Source of the DNA: Octopus vulgaris
Lineage: Eukaryota
NCBI GenBank assembly: GCA_951406725.2
Contig: OX597833.1
Location: 4,526,001-4,590,000 of the forward strand
DNA length: 64,000 nt
Direction of reading: 5' to 3'
Positions 11,201-24,478 of the stretch are shown piece after piece. Below the pieces are notes generated by a model, which was given only the letters and a program-made list of their open reading frames with translations, was not told the DNA's origin and did no database searches. Made by a program: the position numbers and the translations under genes. How positions within the stretch are numbered: position 1 is the first letter of the stretch; every line of letters starts with the position of its first letter.

Positions 11201-13390
11201 CACATCAGATGCCACTTGGATCTCCAGATGTTCATTGTTCCTGGAATGGAGGAAGGTTTAGTGAGATACAATGAGCTGCTACCCTCAGACAACCATGTCA
11301 CAGTGAACTGATCTGTTCAATCAACCATGTCACAACGAACAGTAGCTTTCAGTCAACTGTGTCACAGTAAAGTTGCTTTTAGTTAACCATGATGCAGTGA
11401 AAGGTCAACTTCAGTCAACCATGATGCAGTGAAAGGTCGCCTTCAGTCAGCTGTGTGTTACAGTGAACTGTTGTGCTCAGTTGAGTTGCAGAAATTCATG
11501 TGATGGTGAACTGTTACCATAGTAACAGTGAACACTTTTTACAGATACATGTACTTACAAACATAAATACAAGCTCTCACATGCATGTACACTCACACAC
11601 AATAATCAGACCCACACTTAGAGACACATTCATTCACTTTACACACAAACACACAGAAACAAAAAAAACAGACATACTTGGCCCAGTAAGAGAAATGGTA
11701 TTGAAAACTGGTCTGGGCAGGTTCTGACTGGGTGTCCGAGTCTGTTGCCTCACTGTCCGAGGACTCTGTCTTTGGTGGGTTGTCACACTCAAGGGGACCA
11801 ATGACTATCGGACTTTTCAAGAGCGAAGACCTGAAAAGACAAGACACAGGTTTAGATCACTTTCAACAGATTAATAATAACCCACACTCACACTCCACTC
11901 AAAAACACTAAAAGCCTAAACTTACTGCCCCCCCCCCCCTCGCCCCGCAAGACTCTCTTAACCCTTTAGTGTTCAGATTATTCTGTCAAATGTGATGTTT
12001 GGTTATTTAAAATGGTTTGAATTAATCCTGGATTATCTTGTAGTTTAGAGATTACAGTGATGTGATTTTTTAGTTTTAGAATGACATGGTAGGGCAGGTG
12101 TGAGAGGCCAGATCTGGTCAGTTTCAATATAAAACAGGTTAAATATTTTGGCCAGATATGGCCAGTTTGAATGCTAAAGGGTTAAAGCCCTACCCTACTC
12201 AGGAGTCCTTGACCACTTCACTGTTATACTCCACACTCCATTCTTGAGTGCAAGAAATCTACATTTGTAAAACCCCCTGCCCTGTTGACCCAACACATGA
12301 AAACTCCCACTTCACTGACGAAACCCTGCAACTTCCCACTTCGTATCCATCTTAACCCTTTAGCAATCAGATTATTCTGCCAAATGTAAAGCTTATCCAT
12401 TCCTTGTTTTGGATTAATCGTGTGTTATTTCGTAGCTCTGGGATTTCAATGATGTCTTTGTTGTACTTTAAGAATGACATTGTAGGGTAGGTGCAAGAGG
12501 CTGGATATGGCCAGTTTGAACATAAATCAGTTGGAATATTTGGCTTAAAAGAAGACAGCAAATTAGCAGAATTGTTAGAGCATCAGGTAAAATACCTAGT
12601 GGTATTTGTTCCAGCTCACTGCACTCTGAGTTCAAATCCCAGCAGGGTTGACATTGTCTTTCACCCTCTTGAAATCAATAGAATAACACGGGTTGGACAG
12701 AATCTGAAAGAATCTGATGACAGCATTGAATTCCAGTGTCAGCTTTGACATGGTTTCTACGGCTGGATGCCATTCCTCAGAGAACCAAATGCTAAACCCT
12801 TTATCGATGCATTTCAAGAACACAAACAAAAACTTCATCTAAATCTTACTTCAATGTCACAACAATGGTTTTGTCCAGTTTTTCAGTTGTAATAATGCCG
12901 ACCATTTTATGCTTCACAGCAGTCAGGCTGAGAACCACCGGGTGGGACCTGGAAAAGAATTAATGACAAAATAATGAAAACAAAAAAAATAAAAACAGAT
13001 AATAAAACAATATCAAAATGATTGGATGAGATCTTTAACAGAAGGAATGAAAGAATAATGGACTGACAGAGCTGTGTGGTTAAGAAGCTCACTTTGTGAC
13101 CATGTGGTTTTAGGTTCAAACCCACTGCATGGCACTGGATAAGGGTTTCCTACAATATACCTTTGCCTTGTGAGGGAATTTGGTAGATGGAAACTGTGTG
13201 GAAGCCCAGCTCCTACACGCATTTTTTTCTCTCCTTGTTTTTTTTTTTCTGTGTATCTTTCTGTCGAAGAGCCTAGGCTCGAAACATAAAAGACTTTTTC
13301 TATTTCTATTCCTGAGCGCCATACTAATACAATTGTTAGTTTGTACTCCATCTGCCTTCATCTTTTGTTTATTTTCATAAACTTTCCTGT

Positions 13391-13448
<58 letters not shown>

Positions 13449-16400
13449 ATATATATATACATACACAATGCCAATGTCACGTAATTGGCACCTGTGCTGG
13501 TGGCATGTAAAAAGTATGTTTTGAGTGTTGGGCCTCATGGAGGCCATCATGCCGATATCAGTGCCGTGAACTTGGCACCCATGCCAGTGGCATATAAAAA
13601 GCACCTGTTGAGCATTGGGCCTCATGGAAGCAATGTGGCTGAAGCCAGGGTCACATAACTGGCACCTGAGCTGGTGGCATGTAAAAGGGCATCTTTCGAG
13701 AGTTGGGCCTCAAGGAGGCAATGACAAATGACCAAGGCCCTTGGCATTATGCCGGGCTTGAGAAGAAGACCCATCAAGCCAAATGAAATCATAGTCATGG
13801 TGTCGCACAACTGGCACATAAAAGCACTCATTGCAGTCTCAGAGTGGTTGGCATGTTAGGAAGGGCATCCAGCCATAGAAACAATGTCAAATGAGATTGA
13901 AATCTGGTGCAGCCTTTCAGCTTACCAGCCCTGGTCAAACCATCCAATCCATGCCAGCATGGACAACGGACATTAAAAGACGATGATGATGATATATATA
14001 TATACACATACATATGTATGCATGTCTGTATGTATGTATGTACGTATGTGTGTGTGTCTTTGACACAGGATTTATGAACCTACACCAAGACAATGGAGAC
14101 AGAAAAAAAATAGAGAAAAATTTATAAAATCTATAAACATCTGCAGTACTTACGTGTCATAGGTGTATATGTCTTTCTCAAATCTATGGCAGGAATCTGT
14201 AGTGAGACGGTAGACACCAGGCTGAGAAAGACAGAATCTGTTTGTGCCTTTCTTCAAAGCAAAAGAACCTACACTTCCTTCTTTGTTCTCGTGAGCAAAA
14301 TTCTACAAAAGACAAAAGAAAAAAGGAAAAAAAAAAATCAGTAAGGTTTGTTTATTAAAATATGACCTCCAAATTGTAACAACATAAACCAGTGGTTCCC
14401 ACCCTGGGGTCCGCAAAGGTAGTACCGGGGCTCTGTGAACTAAATTAAAAATTTCATATATCATCATCGTTTAATGTCTGTTTTTCATGCTGGCATGGGT
14501 TGGATGGTTTGACTGAGGTCTGGAGAGCCAGCGGCTGTACCAGACTCCAATCTGATCAGACAATGTTTCTATAGCTGGATACCCTTCCTAACGCCAACCT
14601 CAGTCAAACCATCCAACCCATGCCAGCATGGAAAACAGACGTTAAACGATGATGATGATGATGTACTTGTTTAAAAAAGGGAAATAAAATCCTTATATAG
14701 ACTTGAGACCCAAGAGACTTGGAAGCAGCTGGCTTGTGCAAGTCTGGTCGGCAAAATGGATGCCAGAAGGTTTCAGGGCCTTCCTCTTGACGGCTTTTAC
14801 AGAACCCTAACCCTCCTCCCCTCACTGATGTGAGGCCCTAGCTACTGGTTCAACTGACTAGTATTTGATCTCAAGTCCATTTTGGGATCATCACCTCTCC
14901 AGCCAGGTTTTATCATTCCCTTTCAGCCACAGCCAATGGCTGGTTCTCTCTGCTGTCCACTGGATCCCTTTCAGCATGGCCAGTGGTTCTCGGAGAACTG
15001 CTTCCCAGTAATGCAGACACATAAACTGATTCTGGATGGAAAAGCTTGGAAACAAAACTCTTTCAATTGATATGAGAATCTCTTTGCTGAAGTCCTCCTC
15101 CTTGGCTCAGAAGCATCATGGATTCAGTGGAAGACATTCAAGTGTCTGAGAATGAGAATGGGATGACCAAAAGTTACTTTCATCAGATGAAACTACAAGA
15201 CCAGCCCAATCACCTGCCAATGTGGAGGAGCAGACCATACTGGAGCACTGCTTGGTCTACCCTCTGTAACTCAAAAGACCTCAAAAAGGTCTATAAGAAT
15301 GCCAAAAAGTGTAAAGAAATGGGAAACTGTGCTTGAGGAGACTGATTGAGTCAAGTACATCAACATCAAAATAAATATCAAATGGAAATTGTAGTCGTGA
15401 TACCTGTGCCGATGGCACGTAAAAAGCACCATCTGAACATGGCCGATGCCAGCGCCACCTTGACTGGCTTCTGTGCTGGTGGCACGTAAAAAGCACCAAC
15501 TGATCGTGGCTGATGCCAGCCTCCCCTGGCACCTGTGCCGGTGGCACGTAAAAAGCACCCACTACACTCTCGGAGTGGTTGGCGTTAGGAAGGGCATCCA
15601 GCTGTAGAAACACTGCCAGATCAGACTGGAGCCTGTTGCAGCCTCCTGGCTTCCCAGACCCCGGTCAAACCATCCAACTCGTGCTAGTACGGAAAACGGA
15701 CGTTAAATGATGATGATGAATTTGAAGAATGGAAAGAAGACTTAGGTACAAAGACTCTGTTGCTAAGACCAGACACTGGACAACACAAAACAAACCACAA
15801 AAATAAACCCAAAACAAAGTGAGAAAATGGTACTGACCAAAGTAATTTCATGGGAAAGTCCACATTTCAATATGAATCCTGTCTGGGAGAATTCCAGTCC
15901 TGTCACATCTTTGTTGGTGATTTCAATCTCTTGTGACTTTTCCTTCCAACACCAGTTATCTTGTAAAGGAGCCACTAAGGATCAGAAAATAGTAAAATAT
16001 TAATTAACAACAACAATTTTCTAATAGATAGGCATGTATGGTCAAGGTTCCTGGTTCAAATCCAGTCTAGCGCACTATTGTTATCATCATTCTCATTTTA
16101 ATGTCTGTTGTTCCATCCTAGAATTGGTCAAATCAGATTTACTGAAACAGATTTTCTGTAACCAAATACTCTTCTTGTTCCCAAAACCTCAACTGCTTTC
16201 AAAAAAGGCAATGTTTACCCCCCAAGTCCTTTTGGACATGAACACCCTAATGGGTAGACATGTTTTCGGGGTAGATTATTGCAAACAAATGGCACAGCTT
16301 GTACAATAATGACATTCGTTTTAAGGTTAGTACTTAACGTCAGGACAAGGAAACACACACACACACACACACACAACAGCCTCTTTTCAGTGTCTGTCTA

Positions 16401-19400
16401 CCAATTTCTCTCACAAGGCTTTGGTTAGCCCAGGGTAACAGTAGAAGACAATTGCTCAAGGTGCCATTCAGTGGGGCTGGAAACGAACTTCATCACAGAG
16501 CTAAACTTCAGAAGCATATGGTGTAGTCTGTGGTACATAACTCAAATGCATGTGCATTCTCCATATTACACACCAAAAATCTAACGACAGATCTTTGTCC
16601 ATGAATCTATCTACAATATGGAGGGGTACCAACGTCTATGGGCTGATCCCTGTCTTATCACAAACACCTCAGAATAGTCTAAGACTGCACTCCAAATAAA
16701 TATGAACGATTTCTAAGTGAAAATTCCCAGTGAAGTCAATTTAGTCTTTCAGCCTTCCAGAGTCAACAAAGTACCGATCTAGCAGAGTTTACCAAAGACG
16801 ACGACAACAACAACAACAACAACAACAACAACACACAATATGCTCTTACCTTTATATTTGCCAGGCAAGATGTTCTCAAATTCAAAACTGGCTTTTTTGG
16901 GTGAGTCTTTTAGCTAGAAATAGGAAGAAAGAGATAATGCTATGTTAAAAAATACTTTTGAAGCAGATATGTCACATACACACACACACACACACACACA
17001 CATTGTCATCATTCATTTAATGAACACTTTTCCCGGCTTGTATGGAGCAGACAGAATCCGCTGAGGCAGATTTCCTATGGCTGAATGCCCTTCCTGTCAC
17101 CAACCTTCATTTGTTTCCAAACAAGACATCTTTTACATCGAAGACTGGAAACAAACAACACCACTTATATGCCAGTGATGCTCGTTTACAGTGATCAAGT
17201 GATGTCAAGACAAGGGTACACACACACACTCATGGTAGGCTTCTTTGAGTTTCCATCTACTAAATCCATTCAGAAAACTTCAGTTGGCCAGGGGCTATCA
17301 TAGAAGACATTAGCCCTAGGTGCTGCACAATGGGATTGAACCCAAAACCGCATAATTGGGAAACCATGCCTGCACCTCCATACTAAGCAACAAAGCAAAG
17401 AAGAACAAGCAAATGGAATTGGTAACAGATTGAGGCCCTAAATGGGGAGGGTCATGATTTTGAGAAACAAAAGAATGGTTGTACCAAAGATTGAAACCCT
17501 CACCCTCCTCTTCACACTGGACCAACAAGATTACACAAAAAAAAAATTAAGAAACAGAAAATAAAATTTTCTACAATTTCTAAGGCCAATGATATCCTTA
17601 CTTACCATTATGACTTTCTTATCTTCTCCAACCATACCAATAGGATCCAGAGATAATCCTATTGTGCCACAGTTTTCTGAAATAAAGATCAGCTGAGTCA
17701 AAGAATGCTCAACAGGAATCTACAAGAGATGATCTCTGTCAAAACTTAGATGAGCAGTGTCAAAAAAGTGTTAGCATGGACAAATAATGACTAGCTACTG
17801 TCAAATATGGACAAGCAGTGTCAAAAAATGTGTCAAACACCAGCTCCTGTTTAGGCATTGTCAATCATGAATGTGTAGTGTCAAAAACATGTCAATGTCA
17901 GATGAGGATTAACCATGTCAAATATGGATTAGGAGTGTCAAAACATGTCAATATGATCAAATTAATAAGTGTCAACAAGGTCAAATTAACTAATTAAAAA
18001 AACATATGGATAGAGTATTTATTTTATAAGTAATATAGTCAAAACTGGGATGCTGGTTATGTTCAGTTGGTTCACAGAGTTTTGTAAGTTCGTAGAGCTA
18101 ATGTCTTCTGTGTCGCCATCTGGTGGTCTACCAGAAAACAACAACAACAGTGGAAAATATATAAAACCAAAGGCACTCACCAATACAAGTAATAACTCCA
18201 GATACTTTGGCACGGAACTGGGAGAAGTCAACATCTTTCACGGGTTTATTGGTGACCACAACAAGCTTCTCGCTAGGATACAAATGTAATCCTGCTTTTA
18301 TTTCTTGAGTGCTGAGGAAAGCCTGGAAAAATAAATAAATTAACACCGTTGGGTCATTTGGCAGAATCATCGGAGCATCCAATAAAACTTTGTTCCTCTC
18401 AATATTGCTGAACTTGTATCTAAGTTACGGAGGTGGTCAGCGACCAGATTCCCCATTTGGCTGTCTTCTAACGGTAAAGCCTGTTATATTGGAAACAGAT
18501 GATGACAGGGGAAAGTGAGAACAATAAATTACTACGAGTAAACGAACAAACAACAAAGATACAATCAATGGAGACCAGTTAAGTCCTCTTCTCCTTTCCA
18601 CCTCCTCCAATGATTCAGGTAAGGAGACATTATGTCTTCTTCAAAAAAATGAAGCAACATCAAGGGAGTGGTGAAAATAAAGGACCAGTCTTTGGAGGAG
18701 GAGGAGACTGAAAAGAAGGAGAAGGAGGAGATGGAGGAAGAGAGGAGGAGGAGGAAGGAGAGGAAGGAGCAAGAGGAGGAGAAAGAGGGGGAGGAGAAAG
18801 AGGGGGAGAAAGAGAGGGAGAAGCAAGGGGGAAGGAGCAAGAGAGGGAGGTTCAAGAGAGGGAGGTTCAAGAGAGGGAAGAGGAAGTGCTGGAGGAGCAA
18901 GAGGAAGGGCAGGAGGAAGAGAGGGAGAAAGAGAGGAAGGAACGAGGGAGGGAGGAGCGAGAGAGGGAGGATGAAGGGAAGGAGACAAGAGAGGAAGGAG
19001 AGGGAGGAGCAAAAGAGGGAGAAAGAGAGGGAGGCAGAAGAGAGGAAGGCGCAAGAGAAGGAGTAGTGAGAGAAGGGAGGAGCAAGAGAGGGAGGAGATA
19101 GAGGAGAAAGAAGGAGGAGGAAAAGAAAAAGAAGAGAAAGGATAAAAGAAAAAGGATAACAAAAGCAGCAGAAATACCTTGAAAATATATTTCCCTGGTT
19201 TAAACATGGCACAGAAATGTCCCTGCATATCCGTGTCCACAGCAAGGAGCTTCACTGCTTTGTCCTCGGTGTAGGCAATTACCTTACGCTGATAGACCAT
19301 GTGGTCCAGGCCCTTAGGGATCTCATCTATGTTCACTTTGCCACATACACTGAACCTGCGACAAGAGGAAGAAAAACAAAGATTTTTTTTTTAGGGATTT

Positions 19401-22400
19401 GATTATTTTTTGTAGGGGCAGATTTCTGCTGTTTACTTCAGCCCTGTGGCCGTGTGGTTAAGGAACTCGATTCCCAACCACAGAGTTTTGGGTTCAGTTC
19501 CACTGTGTGTAGCATCTTGAGTAAGTGTCTTTTGCTACAGCCTGAAGCTGGTCAAAGCCTTGAGACTGGACCAAGTATATGGAAACTGAAAGAAGCCCAT
19601 TGTGTGTGTGCATGTGTTTATGAGAGAGAGTGTGTGTGTGTGTGTGTACCCTTGTCTTAACATTATGTAATCGTTATAAAGGCAGCAAGCTGGCAGACAC
19701 GTTAGCACACCGGGTGAAATGCTTAGCGGTATTTCATCTGCCGCTACGTTCTGAGTTCAAATTCCGCCGAGGTCGACTTTGCCTTTCATCCTTTCATGAT
19801 CAATTAAATAAGTACCAGTTGCACACTGGGGTCGATATAATCGACTTAATCCGTCTGTCTGTCCTTGTTTGTCCTCTGTGTTTAGCCCCTTGTGCATAGT
19901 AAAGAAATAGGTATTTCGTCTGCAGCTACGTTCTGAGTTCAAATTTGCCTTCCATCCTTTCAGGGTCAATAAATTAAGTACCAGTTGCATACTGGGGTCG
20001 ATCTAATCAATTGCCCCCCTCCCTGCAAATTTCAGGCCTTGTGCCGATAGTAGAAAGGATAATGTGACCGTTATAAATGAGCATCACACAATTTGTTGTT
20101 TGTTTCCTGTCTGGCCATAGGGAAATATTATCTTTCTTGGAAACAGGTGAAGGTTGGTGATAGAAAGAGCACCCAGTCACAGAAAAGCTGCCTCAACAAA
20201 TTCTGTTTGACCCATGCAAAGACGTGTCCTCCTTTCCATGCTTGCATGGGTCACATGGAGTTTAGAGAGGCAGATTTTCTACAGGTGGATGCTTTTCCTG
20301 TCACCAACAATTATGCAGTGTCAAGACAAATACAATAGGCTTCTTTCAGTTTCCATCAACCAAATCCATCTACAAATCTTTAGTTGCTCAGGATTATAGT
20401 AGACACTTGCCAAGGGTGCCACACAGTGGGACAGAACCCAAAACCACATGGTTGGGGAGCAGACTTAACCACACAACCACACCTTCACCTATAATAATTC
20501 TAATCAACAAACACCTGTAAAACAGCATCCATCCAAATTTAAACAACAACAAAATTCAACTCACCTTGATGCGATGATGTCATGGAGATGGGGTGTGTTA
20601 GGGGTGATCTTCAACATAATCTCATCAAAGAAAATATCCTCACTCATTACTTGAATGGTGTATTTACCAGCTTTCATGTTCTCCAAGTGGTAGGAACCAT
20701 CTTCATTTGTTACAGCCATCTGTTTGCCGCTAACCGATACTTTGGCACCTCCAATACCAGCACCCTTTTGAAGGAAGAATAACAGAGTTTAGCAGTCAAG
20801 ATGCAAAAGAGATTCAGAATACAGTGGTGTTTAACATGTCCAGTAACGACCCCACCCAGAGAGCTTAGCAGAATTTTGTCCGTCTTTATGTTCTGAGTTC
20901 AAATTCCACTGAGGTCGACTTTGCCTTTTACCTTTTCATAGTCGATTAAATAAATACCTATTTCTTTACTACCCACAAGGGGCTAAACACAGAGAGGACA
21001 AACAAGGACAGACAAATGGATTAATTCGATTGTATCGACCCCAGTGCGTAACTGGTACTTATTTTATCGACCCCGAAAGGATGAAAGGCAAAGTGGACCT
21101 CGGCGAAATTTGAACTTAGAACGTAACAGCAGACGAAATACGGCTACGAATTTCATCCGGCATGCTAACATTTCTGCCAGCCCGCTGAGCATTGGGGTCA
21201 ATGTAATCGATTTAACCCCTTACCCCAAAATTTTAGGCCATTGCCTAAAGAATAAAGAATTCTGTTTTCATCATCTTTGGTGATTTCCATAAAAAATTAC
21301 TATAGGAGACATTAGTCCACATAAGAAGACACGGACGATAACCCACTCACGGAGTTACCTTCTCTTGGATTACAATAATCTGATGGCTTTTAAATTCTTC
21401 TTTGCAAAACATTTTATGTGAAAGTGGGAGTAGTTTTGTGAAATACCATTCCTTAAAAAGGAAACTGAGTTGCAAAAAGTTGAGGGCTACTCATCAACAT
21501 CATCATCATCATCATCATTTAACGTCTGTTTTCCATGCTGGCATGGGTTGGACGATTTGACAGGAGATGTCAAAACTGGGAGCTACATCAGGCGCCAGTT
21601 GCTTATTTTGGCTCAGTTTCTACTGCTGGATGCCCTTCCTAATGCCAATCACTTTACAGAGTGTAATGGATGCTTTTTAGGTAGCACCAGCACAGTTCTT
21701 GAATGTTCTGAAATGACTATTCAAACTGTTTAAAAAAAAACAAAAATGAAAAGTGTTTAATTCTTACCTTAACAGAATCCAAAATTCGACCACTCACAGA
21801 GAATCCAGCAACTTGGAATTCTTTCTGGAAAAGAAGTGAGGAAAGAAAATTTCAATAAATTAATGTTTATACTGTTGATGGTCAGGGTAAAACTCTGAGT
21901 AATGTTGTAATGTGATTCTCCCCTTGCAGCAGTAGCAGTGGAGGTGCAATGGCCCAATGGTTAGGGCAGCGGACTAGTGGTCGGAGAATTGCAGTTTCGA
22001 TTCCCAGACCAGGCATTGTGTGTTTATTGAGCGAAAACACCTAAACTTCCATGAGGCTCCAGCAGAGGGTGGTGGTGACCCCTGTTGTACTCTTTCGCCC
22101 CAACTTTCTCTCACTCTTTCTTCCTGTTTCTTGTCCTCCCCGACTTCCTATGCAACCGCTGAGCCTGGATGCACATTCATCCATCCGTTGATGGTCTCGG
22201 TGTCGGGGGTTGACCTGCTTTTTCTTCTGCGGGTCTTACGAATAGCAAAGGACCACGTTTCAGACTTCTCTCACTACAGAAGACTGCTTTGCTCAACATC
22301 AACATCAGTAGCAGCAGCAGCTAAAAGTTAGTTGACCATGTGGGTGAATGGAGGGACAGTGTGTATAAAGAATACTGGAGCAGCAATATTGACAGGACCC

Positions 22401-23883
22401 ACTCTAGATTGTGCATCATCATCATCATGTTAGCTTCCATGTTTGCATAAGTCAGGTAGAGTTTACTGGAACAGATTTTCTACAGCTGGATGCTCTTCCT
22501 CCACCCAACACTTACTCATTTCCAAGCAAAGGAATATTTCTCCATGGCCAGACATGGTTTTTGGCAGAATATTGGAAACGAATGACACATTCATGTCTGT
22601 GAGATTAAACAGTCATGTATGAATATATATATCATCATCATCATTGTTTAATGTCCGTTTTCCATGCTAGCACGGGTTGGATGGTTCGACCGGGGTCTGG
22701 GAAGCCAGGAGGCTGCACCAGGCTCCAGTCTGATCTGGCAGTGTTTCTACAGCTAGATGCCCTTCCTAATATTTTATATAGCAAACTTACTCAGATTACA
22801 TAGACTCAAAGAATTAAAGGAGAGAAGGTGTTACAAGTCCGACAGCTGTTTCTGGGGGCTCAGAGTTACTTCATAATGTTGGCAGATGTAGTTGAACAAA
22901 AATTTGCAGCCAGTAATGGAATCAAACAAACATTGGTAAAATCCAGAGAGTCCTTCATCAGGGTGGATAAACAAAATCCTATCATCCACCCTGATGAAGG
23001 ACACCTCTGGTTTCTACCAATGTTTGTTTGATTCCATTACTGGCTGCAAATTTTGATTAACTACATCTGCCAACATTATGAATATAATGAATGGTCGTCA
23101 TAGAAACTAAAGAGAGAGAGAAAGAGAGAATAAAAGTTACTTACGGGTAATATCACAGAATTATGTTTCACTTGGAAGACCATTTTCTCTGGAACAACAT
23201 CAAAAGTGATGTGTTCTCCTTTATAGAATGGAATCTGGAGAGGAGAGAGAAATAGAGGAATGCAAATATAAGACAAAAGACTGCATGTCACTCTGGTGGC
23301 AATTATTGTAAGGGAGATAATCATTCCCAATAAATCTTGCTAGTGTTAAAAGTTTGAATTTTCAAAGACTAACAAACACAGTGCACAGAAAATACGTATT
23401 CAATATTCTTCTTTAGTAATAGGTAGCCATTTACAGTGCCATTTCATCCTTATTTGAAACAACTCAGCATATACATACATATATATATTGTTTCAGTCAT
23501 TTGACTGCGGCCATGCTGGAGCACCGCCTTTAGTCGAGCAAATCGACCCCGGGACTTATTCTTTGTAAGCCCAGTACTTATTCTATCGGTCTCTTTTGCC
23601 AAACCGCTAAGTGACGGGGACGTAAACACACCAGCATCGGTTGTCAAGCAATGCTAGGGGGACAAACACAGACACACAAACATATACACACACACTTATA
23701 TATATACACATATATACGACAGGCTTCTTTCAGTTTCCGTCTACCAAATCCACTCACAAGACATTGGTCGGCCCGGGGCTATAGCAGAAGACACTTGCCC
23801 AAGATGCCATGCAGTGGGACTGAACCCGGAACCATGTGGCTGGTTAGCAAGCTACTTACCACACAGCCACTCCTGCGCCCTAT

Positions 23884-23925
<42 letters not shown>

Positions 23926-24446
23926 AAATTTCGGAATGGTCATTTTGCCAGTTTAGCCAATAAAAACACACGCACTATATATTTGGTGTTATTTTGCTTC
24001 AGTGTTATTTATTTTTTACATTAATCTTAATCTTATTTCAGCTAAACTGGCAAAATAACCATTCCAAAATACAACAATATCTGTTTCAACACACGACTTC
24101 ACATAAAAAATCTTGCACAACAAATATTTAAACGTATATATATATATATATATATTACAATAAAAGTAAACAAACAAATGAAGTTTGCTTTAGAAGCGTT
24201 GAGATATCTTAGAACATTAAAGAAATTATTTTTTAAATTCTCAAACGCAGGATATTGCTAATAATATAGCCTGAACAGGATAAACTACCCCTATTTTGCA
24301 GAAAAAAGTGTTGGCAGCCGGCTATGAGACTTGAACTCACACCTCTGTGATTATGCGATGCGTAATCACGGGGGTGTGAGTTTGAGTCTCATAACTGGCC
24401 GCCAACACATTTTTCTGCAAATTAGGGCTAGTTTATCCTGTTCAGG

Positions 24447-24478
<32 letters not shown>

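Noticed and set aside
11715-11790. Ser/Thr/Asp/Glu-rich insertion in NOMO exon 19
   Set aside because: NOMO orthologues are, from recall, variable and low-complexity in this linker, so it is not evidence of novelty.
18565-19336. 226-231 aa Leu/Ser/Pro-rich and Glu/Arg-rich ORFs (also 25170-26056, 29325-29927, 9375-9748)
   Set aside because: Low-complexity R/Y tracts; only the embedded NOMO exon parts are coding.
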